This document shows, piece after piece, positions 10,601-24,775 of a stretch of 64,000 nucleotides of DNA (the first letter of the stretch is position 1; every line of letters starts with the position of its first letter). The notes beneath the pieces were generated by a model. The model was not told the origin of the DNA. It saw only the letters and a list, made by a program, of their open reading frames with translations, and searched no databases. The position numbers and the translations under genes were made by a program. The DNA comes from Vermamoeba vermiformis (taxonomy: Eukaryota). Location: NCBI GenBank assembly GCA_045837725.1, contig JBEWZL010000078.1:1-64000 (forward strand). Reading direction: 5' to 3'.

Positions 10601-11485
10601 TCCAAAGTCCAAATGGATCTGTAGTTCGATAGGAACAAGAGTAGGTGCTCGATCCGACCAATATATGACACATATTTTTCCATTCGTTTCAGCTTCTTGG
10701 AAGTGTCAGCACGAGCCCACTTGCCTTGCTTCATGTCGTAGAAGAACATTTCGCCGTTCTTCTTGGCTCTTTCGTCCTCGTAACTTGCATAAGGTGCGTA
10801 TAGGAACATAATGTCCTCATTGAGTGCTATCATAAGTGGTTCGCGGCGATCATACGGGAGATTGCCATATTCTTCCGGATGTGAGTGCAAGATCTTGGCA
10901 TTGGTATCGAGAATGACCACGTGCATATCTTCGAAGCCATGTGCATTGTCGTAGTATACAATATTATCCTTTACAAGTGCAATTGCGTAATGTTCGGCTG
11001 CGTGCTGGTCGAGTTGAATTGAAGTGTCGCCCCATCTGCTTTGGATCGTGTCAAAAACATGCCAGTTATCTCCTTCCAACACCCAAATATCTGTGCCTAC
11101 TGCCACACCCTGTAATTTAGTGCTTTTGCACTTTGGCCTGGGCGCCGTTGTCTCGATCTGAGCCCAAGTGCCGGATGTCGTGTCAAATACTCTGATCGTG
11201 CCACAAGACACGTCGGTTGTTACTTCGTCCCATGGAATAGAACCGCCAAAATAATAGATTTTATCCTTGAGGGCAACGCTCAGGCTCTGGACGCGAGCGA
11301 GGGGTCCAACAATGTCGTTGGGAGATCGCAACGTAAAAATCTAAATTAAATATAATTAACTACTAGACGATAAATCATGAATTAATAAGACGCCCCTAAA
11401 TTATTATTATTCTCGATGCTAATTAATAATTTAATTTAAAATTTCCAAAAGAACCAAAACTGCGTACCAGTGATTTGTTGTTCAT
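7654..11485 (-). CDS. Kelch-repeat + DUF4419 + LRR-like fusion protein; 3' part has two in-frame TGA codons
   Basis: Kelch (KIYYFGG) spliced in frame at 10380-10334 to DUF4419 motifs (HFSVVLSPDII, CGIPRIKVLGTKEDW, VTGWI), then RNI-like repeats; TGA at 8212 and 8110. Confidence 0.7.
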
Positions 11486-11778
11486 TGTTGAGCTCAATTA
11501 ATTGTTATTGTAACAACTGGAGCGATTTTGCTTCCGACTGTTTCCGGGGTGAATCTGGATGCAGAGGGGTTTTGAACCTCGGGGGTGTTTCAACTGAAAA
11601 TCCGTCTAAAATTGTTAACAATGTCGGCATCGGCGACATTATTCTGGTTTATTTCTGACACGTTGTGACCGGTTAGAAGTCCTGATTTAATTTACTAAGT
11701 TTTTGCACGTGCAGCCAAAGCCCTAATTTTGCAGTACTACACCACAGCCATTCTAACGTGCTCGGATTTGAAAAATGT

Positions 11779-13417
11779 CTAATAACGCTCGTTCTCATTA
11801 TAACCCCTATCCAGGCAAATGTAGTACCACACGAGTTTAATGAGGTGGTTTGGCAGCTTAGTGATCGGTTTTAAACACTTCAAACTGTGAATATTGACGC
11901 GAGTAATTCTTTTGCGCTCGAACCAACGCATCATAACGTCATATGCATGCGGAGATGTGTCCTCGTAGTTAATCTTCTTTTCTACTTGGCGGAACAACTT
12001 CACGACTGTTTCTGTCGGAACTCTTCCGTAAAGATGTAGCGTGTATTTGGGCCCATGGCGGACGGTCAGGTCAATAGCCACAATTGACGGCAAATCTTTG
12101 TCCACGGGCAATGTGTAGCTCGGCATTCGAACTAACTGGTGCCTGTTATGCATATATATCAATAAACAATAATGTCAATGTTGATGTTCGTACCCAGGGA
12201 ATTCGGGTGGAGCGGATGTTATGTCTTCTCCGCTTAAAAAAGTTGCGCCAGCTTTGCAAATGAATAACGGCTCCAAGAGCTTTATAATCTTCTTAATAGA
12301 ACCCGTTTTGTAGCCGTTATTCTTCACTACGGTTGGACCGCTTCTCGGTGTGTTGGTGAACTCTTGCACGAAGAATTCTGAAGAAAAAAAAACGTTATTA
12401 ATTTGCTTCTCGAATACACTTCAGCGCTCAAAATTAAGTCGCGTTGTAAAAAGATCGTTACTTTTGCCGTTGAAGTTGTACTTGAGGTCAAACACAGAAT
12501 CGAAATTTTCAGCCAGCTCTGTGTTCATTAACTCTTCGAGCTGTTGCTTGTGCTTGCTATATACGATGATTTCTTCGAGCTGTTTGAATAGTGCAGGCGA
12601 AGTGCGCGTCTGAAATTCAATAGGCAGGCTATTTCTCGTCTTAATTGTGGCATTGATGTCGCCTTCAGAGTTGATAAAAAGATCGCTGAATATGCAGTGT
12701 TGCAGCCAATGATGAACTTTCAGTGAAATTCCGTCAAAATTATCGTGTTCCTCTTCTCCTATTTTGGGCATTACGAACTTCGCTGCGGCAATCAATTTCT
12801 GCAGCCGATCAACAGTATCGCGATCAATAATGGTAATACTGTCGTGTAGCTCCGATCTACTCAAGGTTGAGTAGACTATAGCAGGTGCGTCTGTTGGCTG
12901 GATCTTCACTGAAAAAATAGCCTGATCTCTGAAATAATTTGATTGTTTGGTATTTTCGTTCAAAATACTGTTGAACTCCAATAAAAATGCCTGAAGGTCC
13001 GGCAAACTATTGAACAAGCCACGCTTAAGGTGCACTCGACAGGGTGTTGCATATTGCTGTTTGTAGCTTAACAACACGAAGCGAGCTAGAAATGAATTTT
13101 GTTAACTTAAAAATTAGGTTAATGTATGTACTGCTTACCCATTCCACCGTTGAGAGAGAATACGCTACGTTCTTCATTGTAGTTGTACGCTGTTGAAGTG
13201 TGCTCGATGATGAGAATTTTCGGATGCGCGATCAGATGTCGTAATTTTTTGTGCCAAAAGCGATTTGCCAAACAAAATGACCACACTGCTTGCAATGAAG
13301 TATCGCGAATAATTATTTGCACGAGCTCTTCTGGTAATAAACCAACAGAACCTGAGAAACTATTAAATTTGTGTATAAAAAAGAAGGGATGCGGCTGGAT
13401 TTACCTTGCCAGTCCAT
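11779..13417 (-). CDS. F-box-like protein, 5 exons
   Basis: LLPEELVQIIIRD..CLANRFW near the N-terminus; four GT-AG introns link the ORF-track pieces in frame; C-terminal KLPNHLIKLVWYY. Confidence 0.65.
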
Positions 13418-14602
13418 TTTCACCAAATCCTTTGCTGTTTTACACGTGCAATCTTGTAAAAGATGATCGCGTTGTGCAGGCAGGGCGCGAAATTTGGTCC
13501 GAACTTGGAAAATGATAAGAATTACCTATCCCAAGCTGCGAAGTTCACAAACGGTCTGATCGCTGAACACGAAAAATTAAACTATGCTAAAAGGCTTAGG
13601 ACTCAATTAGTAGCCTCCCAAGCGTTGGTGTTCGTGCAATGAATTTTTCTGGTTCGTCGTGGAAGCAGCCAGACCGAAATTGGAAACGCACAGCTGGTGA
13701 ATCGAAATGCTTAACAAATATAATATTATTACGATAGTGAGTAAGCTAGTTACAACAAACAAGGAAATCAGGCTGAAATTGCTTTGGTGTAACTTGCTTC
13801 AGCTCGGCGCCTTATTTCTGATCGAGAGTCACCCCTAAAGCTGAAATTCTGTAAAAAAATTATTTAAAAATAAATAATAAATAATTGAGGCAAAAGGGCT
13901 GGAAGTCGATTAGTCAAGATTTGATCCGAATTGAAAATAATTTTAAAATTTAGTTGAACACCAAAAGTAGTGCCACGCTTACAATTACGTCTTCTTCCAT
14001 TTTTATTCAATATTTTAATTGTATAAAAAAATCTGCAGCTCACCTCGGCACATTTACAGAAGATCGAACAAGTCAGTACGTCAACCGCATTAGAACACGT
14101 GCAATGTATCTTGCTCTGTATTCAGAATACTTACGAGCTCGATATTACACGACCAGAGCCTTGCATTGTTCATCAATACGCAGAACCATTAAACATATGA
14201 TCGCCATGCCAAAAATGGAAGTAAACCATAAGAATAGCAAGCAACCTTCAAATTACCTTGTACAGCAACTTGAGTATGATAAAAAGAAACTTTCGCTAAT
14301 TCATTTTAATTTTACTAAATAATTATCTGGCTGTTGTAAAAGTGCGAAGTACTTGAATGGGAAACGCTTTCCGCTCTACGAATAGGAGGAAGGACGAATT
14401 ATTTAACTGACCAGTCACGTACCTACCCAAGTGACGAAACAAAAGCTTTTCAGACTCACTGTGTGCTTTATTTAACAATTTCTGAATGTTCGTGCCTTTT
14501 TTACTGTTTGCATCTTTCGATTTTACGTGCCTTTTAACGTTTCTTTCGTCTACGTTGTTGTTTGATACCACAAGAAGTATTTCGGCAATTTCTTATTTAA
14601 TT

Positions 14603-15430
14603 ATGGAAGAAAAAAACGATGCAATATTTCATTTTGAAGAGCTACCGCTGGAACTTCAAGAACACATCCTCATCCGCTGCGACGCTAAAACACTTACAGC
14701 CTCGATGCCACCGTTATCGAAATTTATTAATGCATTAGTATACGAAGGAAGTGTTTGGCGCGCTAAATGCAGAGATTATTTTCCAGAGTCAGATTGGGTT
14801 TTAAAAAAATTAGACGAGACTTGGAGGCAATTTTATTTGCGTAGTAAGTTTCTATATAATAACGGTTTACTATCCAATATCTTCTACGACGATTAAAAGA
14901 CTTGCCCGAAAAATTCGGAATCTTCGTTTTTGTCTCAATTAAATACCCGCTTGTCGCAAATAATTATGTTAATAAACATATTTTTAAATTAAAATCGCAG
15001 ATACGTCTTTTGATTGGACTCTCCCTGTTGAAAAGTGGTCTGAAGAGCAATTGGCGGAATGGGCACGTGTCAATATAACTAAAGACACCACACCGCAGCT
15101 TGATTGGCACCAGAGACGAGTTGCGATTTGGGTGCGAAAAGTCTTGAACTTTTCCGTCGAAGCCCTTATTACGTACCAAAGATTCGAAGATCTTTTAGAT
15201 GATTTCAAAGAATATACAGAGCAGAAGAGGATTTCAAAGCTGTTATTGCGGAAGTTGTGGGCTGAGATCGAAATAATGAAGAAGTCTGTAACAAGTAGAA
15301 TTGGACACCAAGGCACTTCTTGTTTATTCAAAAGTTGAAGACCTTCTTCAAGATTACAAAAACACTATTGCGCAGGAGAAGATTCAGCCCAGTTCATTGC
15401 GGAAGTTGTGGGATGAGCCAAAAAACTGAA
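14603..15430 (+). CDS. F-box protein with SAM-like repeats; 3' end frameshifted, possibly decaying
   Basis: FEELPLELQEHILIRCD F-box; VEKWSEEQLAEW SAM-like; EDLL..LRKLW repeat occurs twice in different frames. Confidence 0.6.
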
Positions 15431-15938
15431 GCCAAAGAAGCATTATATCGTTCAGCACAAATAACCACACTAAAGCCCTATTTCAACTGATCCTCACGGG
15501 AGTTTCAACGACATTTTTACCACTCGATCTTGGAAAGAGCGCAAAACAGCCAAGCACTGGTGGCTGGTACGTGGCTACCCTGCGACTGTTCCCCCACGAG
15601 CGTAATCAAGGGGAAAAGTGGGCACCAATGACGGTCCTTACGAAGAAATATTGTCTAGAAGTTCCCGTTGGTGTGATGGGTGAGTGGAACGAGCCGGAAG
15701 AAGGGTTGGTGGGTGTTTAAACCATTGCGAAATCATCATTGTCTGACCTCAGTTAATAATAGCCACATGGTGCTGTGTTGAGAATAAAACAAGAAGAATT
15801 ATTTTCTGTTACAACTATTACCTACATTATTGTAAACCACCAAAAACGACTTGAAAATGTAAAATCGATAAATACTATTCTACGAAATAAAAACACTTCT
15901 ATTAACTCTAATATGTACAAAAAAGGACCGAAAATAAA

Positions 15939-18595
15939 TTAAACAATTTGCATGCGATTCCAAGGCTTAGCTGAAAACACGCCGAACACGCTAGTGAAGC
16001 CCTGCACTGTCGCTTGCACTGTCTGCGTGTTCACTTTCAACGATTTTGAACTGCGATTGATAATGCCGCCACCAATGGCCACTGGTCCAATTTCACCCGC
16101 GGCGAAAAATCCAGCGATTGAAAGCTGCGGGAACGTGCGCTACAATAATTAAATGGTTAGATAGGTATAATTAGTGTTTATATGAAGCTAGGACGTACCT
16201 TAAATAGCGTTGAATCGACGTTTGGTTTGTTGTAAAAATCTTTGCCACGTGCTGTACATTGGAACAATAGGCCACCGAGAATAGCGTCACTTGAACTGTT
16301 CTTCATTTGATTGCGTGCAAAGGCTTGTAAGCCATGTGACACATCTATACAAAGCAGTGTTAGTATTGTTCGGTCCATCCAGATCCAGGTCTATTTTACC
16401 ATGTTCGGATGCCTGTGGATCCAACACAAATAACTGTACATAATGGTTCTCGATCTTAGGATACGAAACGACCATGTGCTGATCGAGTGTGATCTTGAGT
16501 ATCGCGTGTAATGTGAATTCATCTACGGGTGAGTCATCGGGATTGAGCGGATCTGGCTTTGAGGGCGGACGAGGGCTAATTCCAATGAATATTTGTCGAT
16601 TCTAAAATAGTGTAACATTAATTTCCATCGATATACTTTCACGTGGTAAGATTTATAATTTTTGTCATTGTCCAAATGAATCACAGAAGGGACCAGTATC
16701 AAGGAACATGTCAAAAATGTCACCATCAAAGTGTCACTTTGTGCACCGATACGTACCTGCATGCTTTCATCGTGTTCGTACACGTCGAGCAGTAAATTGG
16801 CCGGGACTAGCTTGCTCGGGTTCTCAGGGTCATGCTTCTCGAGCTCCATGATCGTGCTTTTCTCGCCGTGCGTCACTTTGTAGACAGGCGTCAAAGGCTT
16901 GCAGCCACGTGCAGACATGCCGTTCAAATCTATTGCCCCACCAATCGCCAGGCCCACTATGCCACTACGATGAACGAACTTGAGCTCGCGATTATCGTTC
17001 AACAAGAACAACACAATGTCGTCTGTCTCGTAGCCCGATGCAAAGCCACCAACGATGACACTCCGTTGACGCGCTTCTTGCAGCTTTGTGACGTAGGTGT
17101 GCGCCCCTCGCGAGGGTACAGCTATCGAATGACACGTGTCAACAAGCAATGTCACTACGAAGTCCGGTCCAAATACGTACCTAATACGACAAACGAGGTC
17201 CAATCAATTTCATTGGCAGAATCGATCTCCATCGACACTTTCATTGAGTGCAGCATCGCTCGTTGTTTGCTGTTTCGTTTCGGTTTGTTTCGTTCAGCGC
17301 TGCTATTCAGTTTGAACTCTTCATCGCCGGCAAGGTCTTCGTGATCGCTGTCCTTGGCTGGCGGATAAATCTGGATTTGATTGTTGTACGCAGCTTTTGA
17401 AATAATTTTCTCGGCCACGGAATAGGCTTGAATTTCAACATCGGGTAATTTTGCCTAAGGAAGATTTGTTAGTCTATTCAACCAAGTATAAATGCTCACA
17501 ATTAATTTAATATGATTGTATTTGTTTTGTTGGGAAAAGGCCCATAGAACGAAGGCTCAAAAAAATCAAATTTGAAATTGAAACGTAAAAACAAAGGTAA
17601 TCTTTCTAAATTTGGCAAAAAAAATGGTCTTGATAGTATTAAGTAACGTACCAAAGTTATTGAAACAGCTGGCTGACCATCTTCAATTTCATGCGGCAGA
17701 TGTGTTTCATGGTGCGTACCAATAACACCAACAGCGGAACATCCAATGAGTTGAAATCCACTGCTAGGCACTCGCGCGGTAATTAGGTCCTTAAGGGAAT
17801 TGAATTCTTCGTAATAGAACGACGAAACAAATAAAAATCCGACATTCGGCCTAAAGACAGAAAGGAATAATTATTGATGCGGTTTTCGAAATTCTCGTTC
17901 TTTATATGTGAATAAATAATATGTCCTTATTAAGGATGAAGGATATAATGACTTTTTAAGCTTTGATGAGCATCTTTAAATCGGATGTGTTCCGAAAATT
18001 TAGTTACAATCCGCCGCATTACGCAGAAAATCGATCATTGCATTAAATCGATATTATGACCCATAATGAATGATAAGATTGTCAAATTAACTAATTATTT
18101 AACGAAATTAATGCAATGTGACAACTTTTTTTGAATTGCAAAGTCCCATTGAAGTTACATTATCGATCTATCAAGCTTGAAATATAGTATAATATATCTT
18201 ACCTCGAGTGCAATCGCCTATCTAGGTTATCGAAACATTCTTTGACTGCTGTAGCAAGATCTTGATTTTGCGATAGCGTTGAAACCCACGCAGAGCGCTC
18301 AAGTAAACGTTTGACGATAAAACTCCATCGCCTATTAACCTACGAATACTATAGTATAAATACGAGTTATGACGATCGAATTTAAATAGAGGACGATGTG
18401 TCCGGTCCCAGTGTGAACTAGTTTTGAAAGATCTGAGTACTGTAAGAAAAAGAAGGCCACGCGACCTTCTAATATTATGGAAATTATACATACCGTTGCT
18501 ACCATGCTTAACTCACGCCAGTTGAGCCACTCCATAATATTGATAATAATTTCTGGAGGGATTTGATCCATTAAAAGGACTTGAGTTTGCTCCAT
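15939..18595 (-). CDS. F-box + FIST domain protein (FBXO22-like)
   Basis: IPPEIIINIMEWL..VNRRW F-box; LIGCSAVGVIG, IVGGFASG, RGCKPL (FIST-N); FQCTARG, GFFAAGEIGP (FIST-C). Confidence 0.85.
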
Positions 18596-19335
18596 GTTAT
18601 GATGCGCTCTAACGCACGTTGTTAGTACCTTAATAAATATAATCATGATATTTCGAATTACGCGCACGCAATTTGAAATCAACTTCGGTACGACGGATCT
18701 CGATAATAAATTAATTTTGAGCTTACTTGAATTTCTTGCGCGGAGGTTCGGCCATAGAATACCACTGTGTTACTCTATAAACGCGTTGATAACATTAGCG
18801 GCAGAAAATAGTCAGAAGCAACTGGAACCTCGAAAAATTGCTTAATTTGGAATTTCTCGTGCGTGCTGATTTAATTTTCAGCTTTACTTGTTAGCAACAC
18901 GATAGCATCATGCATGAAAATCATTTTGGTACTATCAAAGTCAAAAATATGACATGGCAATACCGCGGATCACCGCGGAAAAGACAAATCCAACTGTGGT
19001 TCGGTTGAATATGAAGATATCGTTCTGTCCATTCATGCTCAAACATGATCGTATTGTATCAATCTTTTAGCGGGCCAATTTACAAATTATCTCTTGGTAA
19101 CGCACTTTATTCTCCGATCTCGATCTGAATTCTAGCATTAAATGTGAATGCGCTCCTAAGGTTCTATTTCATGTACTCATTAATATTACACAATAGTCGT
19201 ATTATCTCCTATCTCAATTCGTCAACTCCAATGCTGCTGCTTTGTCCTAATTTTTTCGCGGTTTGAATACGCTGCCGAATTTTCGTTCTCAAAAACAAAT
19301 TGTTATTACTTTATAGTGTTAAACACAACGCCAAT

Positions 19336-22233
19336 ATGGAGGATCACGAACCTAATATTGATAATTCAAACGAATCATCAGAAATCAGTGCTGAAAATAT
19401 TGCGCAAGATCGCAAAGTGGAAATTGCACCAATTGAAACAGAAATTACAGACGATAATATAGAAAATAATAATGAGGAGGATGACGTACGTAATAACGAT
19501 ACATTTAATTCCCAAAATTGACAGTGTCGATCTAACATTTTTATTTATTTTCAGAAGCGTCTAGAGTCAATAATTATAATCCAAGCGCGTATTAGGACTA
19601 AAATAGCGCAAAATAAACTATCAGAACTATTTGGTAAGTTAATGAACCATTCTAAAAATGATTCTTAATTCAGATCCCGCTAGAAAATAATTGAAATATC
19701 ATTCAACTCAGCTATCTTATTTACCTCGTACTAACAATAATATTTATAATATTAAGCACGATACATCCGATTCAGAAATAAAGTTGCAGATGAGATCCTT
19801 CAAACCGAAGAAAGTTACGTCCACGGACTTCGTACATTATTAGGCGTAAGTAATTATAATGAACTACTACATAAGCGACTTTATTAAGGCATAGTAATCA
19901 ATTTGTATGCGTCATTTGTGACACTTTATTGACAAGTCGCATTCTTAACTGAACTTCAATTAAATAATTATAAAATTCAGTAATAATTTAAAAAATTACT
20001 TTTGTACTACCTTATTTCGCTTTAATTAAGCATGGAACATTTCGTTTAATTAAATATTTTCTATTTTTAGGTCTACGTGCAGCCACTACGATCAATGGCC
20101 GCGACGCCAACGCCCGTTTTGACCCAACAAGAAGTGGACCAGTTGTTTTCTAATTTAGAAATAATTTTAAACTTAAATATGGAGCTGCTCAAAGAAATCA
20201 AATTGCGCATGGCCGTGTGGACCAATTCGCAGAAGATTGGCGACGTATTCTTGAAGATGGTATGACTAATTCATATATATTATGATAGTACCCGTCGGGC
20301 TAAGTATAAATTTATAGGCATCGTTCTTTAAAATGTACTCGGTGTATTGCCACGATTATGAAAAGTCAGTGGTGCTCATCAAACAAAAAACCAAAGAAAA
20401 TCCTCAATTCGTTCAGTTTTTAGAAGTAAGTCCTTGGCACTCTTATTATTATCACTTAATTAATATTATTATCGTCGTTTAAAGCCATTCTGCTGCGCTT
20501 TAATAATTGATTCAATTTTTTAAGTATTCTTTGTTTGACATAATTAATGTTGTTTATCATTACAGACAGCGTCGAGTGTGTTAGATGATCCTATGACCAT
20601 GACAAAAGACCGCGCTGACTTCTCATTATCAAGTTTTCTAATTATGCCTATTCAACGGTACGTGCCCCTATAATCTAAATCTATCATACCTATAATTTAT
20701 TAACTGTTTTTATTCAGAGTGCCAAGATATATTTTGTTATTAAAGGTAAATACAGGAATGTGACACGTTTGACACGCTGTTGACACTCTGACATGTAGGA
20801 ATTGTTGAAGTACACGTGGCCGACACACCCCGATTACAACAACATTAAACAAGCACTGGATCAGTTGCAAGAAGTCGCTAATCACGTCAATGACAGCATC
20901 AAACAGGCCACGCGCATGGATCAACTTTTGCGCATTGAACAGGCATTTGGGTGGCAACTGGTACGCTCAAAAACAATATTATATCGATTATATCAACATT
21001 ATCTAATTATATTATAAATAGAATTTGATGGATCCTGCTCGTAAATTTGTGCGCGAAGGTCGATTGATGAAAGTGACGAGCAGATTTGTCGTCGAAACTT
21101 ATTACTTCTTATTTAACGATATGCTCATATACGCATATAAAAAGAATCTAGGTGCCAACTTCACGCCTAAAGGTAGGTTAGACCACTCTATATTTATAAC
21201 CTTACTAAACGGCTGATAGGCAAAGTACCTATGGGAACCACTTGGATCCGAGACTTGCCGGACTCAGATGGTAAGATCAATAGTCAATATGAAGTATATC
21301 TAATAGTATATCTATAGATTTACAAAACGCATGGCAAATTGTTGGTGTGAAAAAGACGTACACGGTGTTTGCTGCCTCGCCAAAAGAGAAACAAGAATGG
21401 ATGAAAGACATGAACCAAGTCATTGAACAATTAGTCGCACTAGACCCGAACCTCGTTAACAAGCGAAGCACTCAAATTCAGACCACAAAACGTATTACTA
21501 GGTAAGCCTTAGGCCCTTCGACCACACGTAAGACGTACCTTCTGACCAACTTATTTTCAGTTTCTTTTGGAAGATGTTCACAGTCGCACCTGAAAAATTA
21601 CAAGCCGAGGTGAGCACTTGATATTGCGTAAACATGAACGGGATAGAGCAATTACTAATGTTTGTGCAGCCGAACCAAGTTGAGAACGAAGAGCGGTTGA
21701 CACGTGACCGACCAAGTAAAATCGACAAACAGCACTTAAAGTCAGTGCGATCATTAGAAGATGATTCAATTAGTGCTTCAGAGTCATCACTGAGCCGAAC
21801 AGTTAGTCCTCGTTCTTCGCTCCAGCCAGGCACTACACTCAGTGCAACAAGTCCAACAGGCTCAGTAGTGCATGATCCCCTCAGTACTAACACTGCATTA
21901 GATACCGCGGAGAACAAACAAACCAATCAGGATGCACCCCTCAACAGCAACACAGACACAGACTCAATCAAAGTTGTCACGGCATACAACGCGCCGTTCA
22001 GCTACACGTCCAACACAGCGTCCTCAAGCGCACTGCCGCAGCCCACTCAGACCTCTCCGTCGTCACGGCCTGGATCGACGCGTGTTGTGCCGCAAGACTC
22101 GCTGCGAGCACCGTTGTTAGCGGACTCCGAGGACATGCGCTACAACGCCATGGAGCGCGGTCAAGGCTATACTGTAGGCATGCAACACAAGCCGATAGAG
22201 CCTGGTTGTTGTGCTTCGTGTAATATAATGTAA
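19336..22233 (+). CDS. Dbl-family RhoGEF (IQ-DH-PH) with C-terminal CaaX
   Basis: IIIQARIR; EILQTEESYV, LFSNLE, FLIMPIQRVPRYILLLKELLKYT; PH YYFLFNDMLIYA..EKQEW; ends CCASCNIM. Confidence 0.9.
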
Positions 22234-22438
22234 TTTTTTTTGAACGTAGCTTTGGCTGCAAGATCTGACCGCTTTTGTTGTTTGTGACCGTTGTGGTAAG
22301 ATTTTTGTTACGCATCTGCATCTGGCTTCGTATTGTGTTTGTTGAAATTTTGAAATGAGAAATTTATTACAAGAGGTATGTGGATATTAAGTTAATAATA
22401 GTGACTGTTCGTGGTTTGATCAAGATGAGCTGAATCTA

Positions 22439-22921
22439 CTATTGTTTCTTCTCTTTTGCTAGTTGTTTTTGTTCTTTACGAATAGCATTATCACGTGCAT
22501 ATAACATTCGTCCTACACCATCGTGGCAGTGGTGGCGTTTCTGCAGATCGAGGTTAAAAATAATTATTTGAGAAATATCAAATCCACTTCAGATATCCTA
22601 ATAACACGCAATTTTGATTGTAATAATAGTACGTAATATTGAATAATATTTATGCACGATTATTTAGCGTGTGGTAATTATTTTAAAGAATATTTATTAT
22701 TTAGGCCAGTTTTTTTATCTGCAGTAGCACGGTGACCATTAGTATTATTATTATTATTTATATTATTATGAACGTAATTATGCGATATTTGATCAATAAT
22801 ACAATTATAACAACGGATGTTGCATGTGACTTACTCGTCCAGTAACCAAGCTGGCAGCGCTGTACAAAAGAGTTGGGACGCACAATAAAGTAACAATAGT
22901 AGCACCAGAAATGATGGTCAT
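22439..22921 (-). CDS. Small two-exon membrane protein, possibly complex I subunit NDUFA1/MWFE-like (62 aa)
   Basis: join(22921-22835, 22540-22439): MTIISGATIVTLLCVPTLLYSAASLVTGRKRHHCHDGVGRMLYARDNAIRKEQKQLAKEKKQ. Confidence 0.5.
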
Positions 22922-23055
22922 TGTTGTATTGCTGTAAAATGAAGATCTGAATAGAAATAAAATCAAAATTCCGGATTTGACTCGCACACGGGTGATTAAG
23001 TTTTGAACTGAGTTTTACATTCGAGTAATACATATGTTAAGTGCACATGTCGATA

Positions 23056-24775
23056 TTATTCTTTCTTAGCATCCTCAGGCTTCTCGCTTTCGTCGTAAGC
23101 CAACAGATTCGCACTGTCACTGAGTTTCATGGACAACAAGAACGAGGCACCAAGACAAGCGGGAACCAAGTACAACAATGCAGGCTATATAATATAGTTA
23201 TTACAACACATTCGTATCGTTGAGGCTATTATTTTGTAGTGGCGTACCTGCGCAGCCTTGAACGTGTGCATGACGAACATGGTGGTAAAGAGACCGAGCA
23301 CGTAGGCAATGAAAGTGGTCTGGAAGTATGGCTTGGCGAAGTTGATCTTGCGGCCGGCACGGTGAGCGTCGTAGCGCAACAAGAATGCAATCAAAACACC
23401 TACGAAAGTAACCGTAAGTCTCTCGATCTGCTACCTTGCAACACGATCTGATCTCACAACCACCTTCTCTCACTTCAATTTATCTCTACGATGGTCGTAT
23501 ATGATAGAAACAAATATGGACTTACCAGGCAATACGATATCACCCAAGCCAAGCATGGAAAGTCCTTTGCCCGGCTCACGAAGGGGATCGAACAAGTTCT
23601 TGGGGAACAAGAGCTTAATGGGCGCATCAAATGACTTGGCAACAGTGACCATGACTTCAGTGCCGAACACCCAAAAGATGTCGTAGAAGAACAGACCGCC
23701 CTAGTCAGTCATAATTAATATTTGAAAGTAGCGGATGCGCAGATCCGTTATTTCGCCTTTCTTCAACTTGAATGATGTAAGCGTAGTGATTCAGGTATAT
23801 TATTATGGTAGTATAGTTTTAATTCGGAATATCGATGCTGTTACGTACCAACAAAATGCACGCGATCTTGTATTGACCCAAAGACATGAGCGAGATACCT
23901 TGAATGCAGAAAGCAAGACCAATGATGTTATTAGCGATCCAATGCTTAGTAGCAAGGTACCAAATTCCAACCACTGCTGCGAGACTGAAGCTAAGCACAT
24001 CCACGTTGGTGAACTTGAATTTCAAGTTTTCTACGAACTACGATCAGCCTCGATTGAAAATTCATAACATATCGATATTATGCACGAGTGTATATAATAA
24101 TATACTAAGCCATGCAAAATAGAAGCTTACCAGCCTTAAAAGGAATTTTGCGATCGATGGAGTAGCCACCGCGCAAGGACTTGAGAACGTTCTTAGGCAA
24201 TACGGTGTACATAAGTGGCTTGAAGGTCTCTCCCATAGCAGCAATACCAAATAACATAAAGTAGAGGGTAAGCAGCATGTTGATCAGATCGGGATTGAGA
24301 GTTTTGAACAGGAGGTAGAGACCAAATAAGAAGCAGCTAGCAATGACAGGGAACATAAAGGCGTCTTTAGATTTCATTGATTCAGTCTGCTAAGGTAATA
24401 TTAGATATGACCGTTGAAAGAATGGATGACGAGGCACTTTGCAAAACTTCATTGAGCTGTTTACTTCGCATTATTTGGTATTAATTTAACAATATTATTC
24501 TAGATATTTAAAGGTAATTTTACAGCCCTTAAAACTGTTAAGGACAAACAAAGAATTTATTTTTTTATTATTTTTAAAATCACGGTAATTTAACCGTTAA
24601 AGAATCGAGCATTCCGATCTTAGTGCCATAATAATACAAAAATATTACTTACGCCCTTTTTCTGTTTCAATGAAAGAAAAGATCCAATATAAATAGGGAT
24701 GGCAGCCATAGTCATAATCGCTGCGTAAGCGAGACCCAATTCAGGGCTCGGCAGCTCAAAATTGAGTTCTGACAT
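23056..24775 (-). CDS. SPP: Signal peptide peptidase (A22B)
   Basis: FFYDIFWVFG, MLGLGDIVLPG and AAQPALLYLVP motifs; apparent 1-nt slip near 23100. Confidence 0.95.

Noticed and set aside
12175-12423. Two further in-frame TGA codons linking three collinear ORFs, suggesting UGA recoding
   Set aside because: Both fall inside plausible 3n-length introns (GTAACG..TTCAG 12461-12378 and GTACGA..AACAG), whose removal keeps the frame
23095-23110. Apparent programmed frameshift at the SPP C-terminus
   Set aside because: One extra G in a GG run gives the natural end WAYDESEKPEDAKKE; a homopolymer assembly error is more likely
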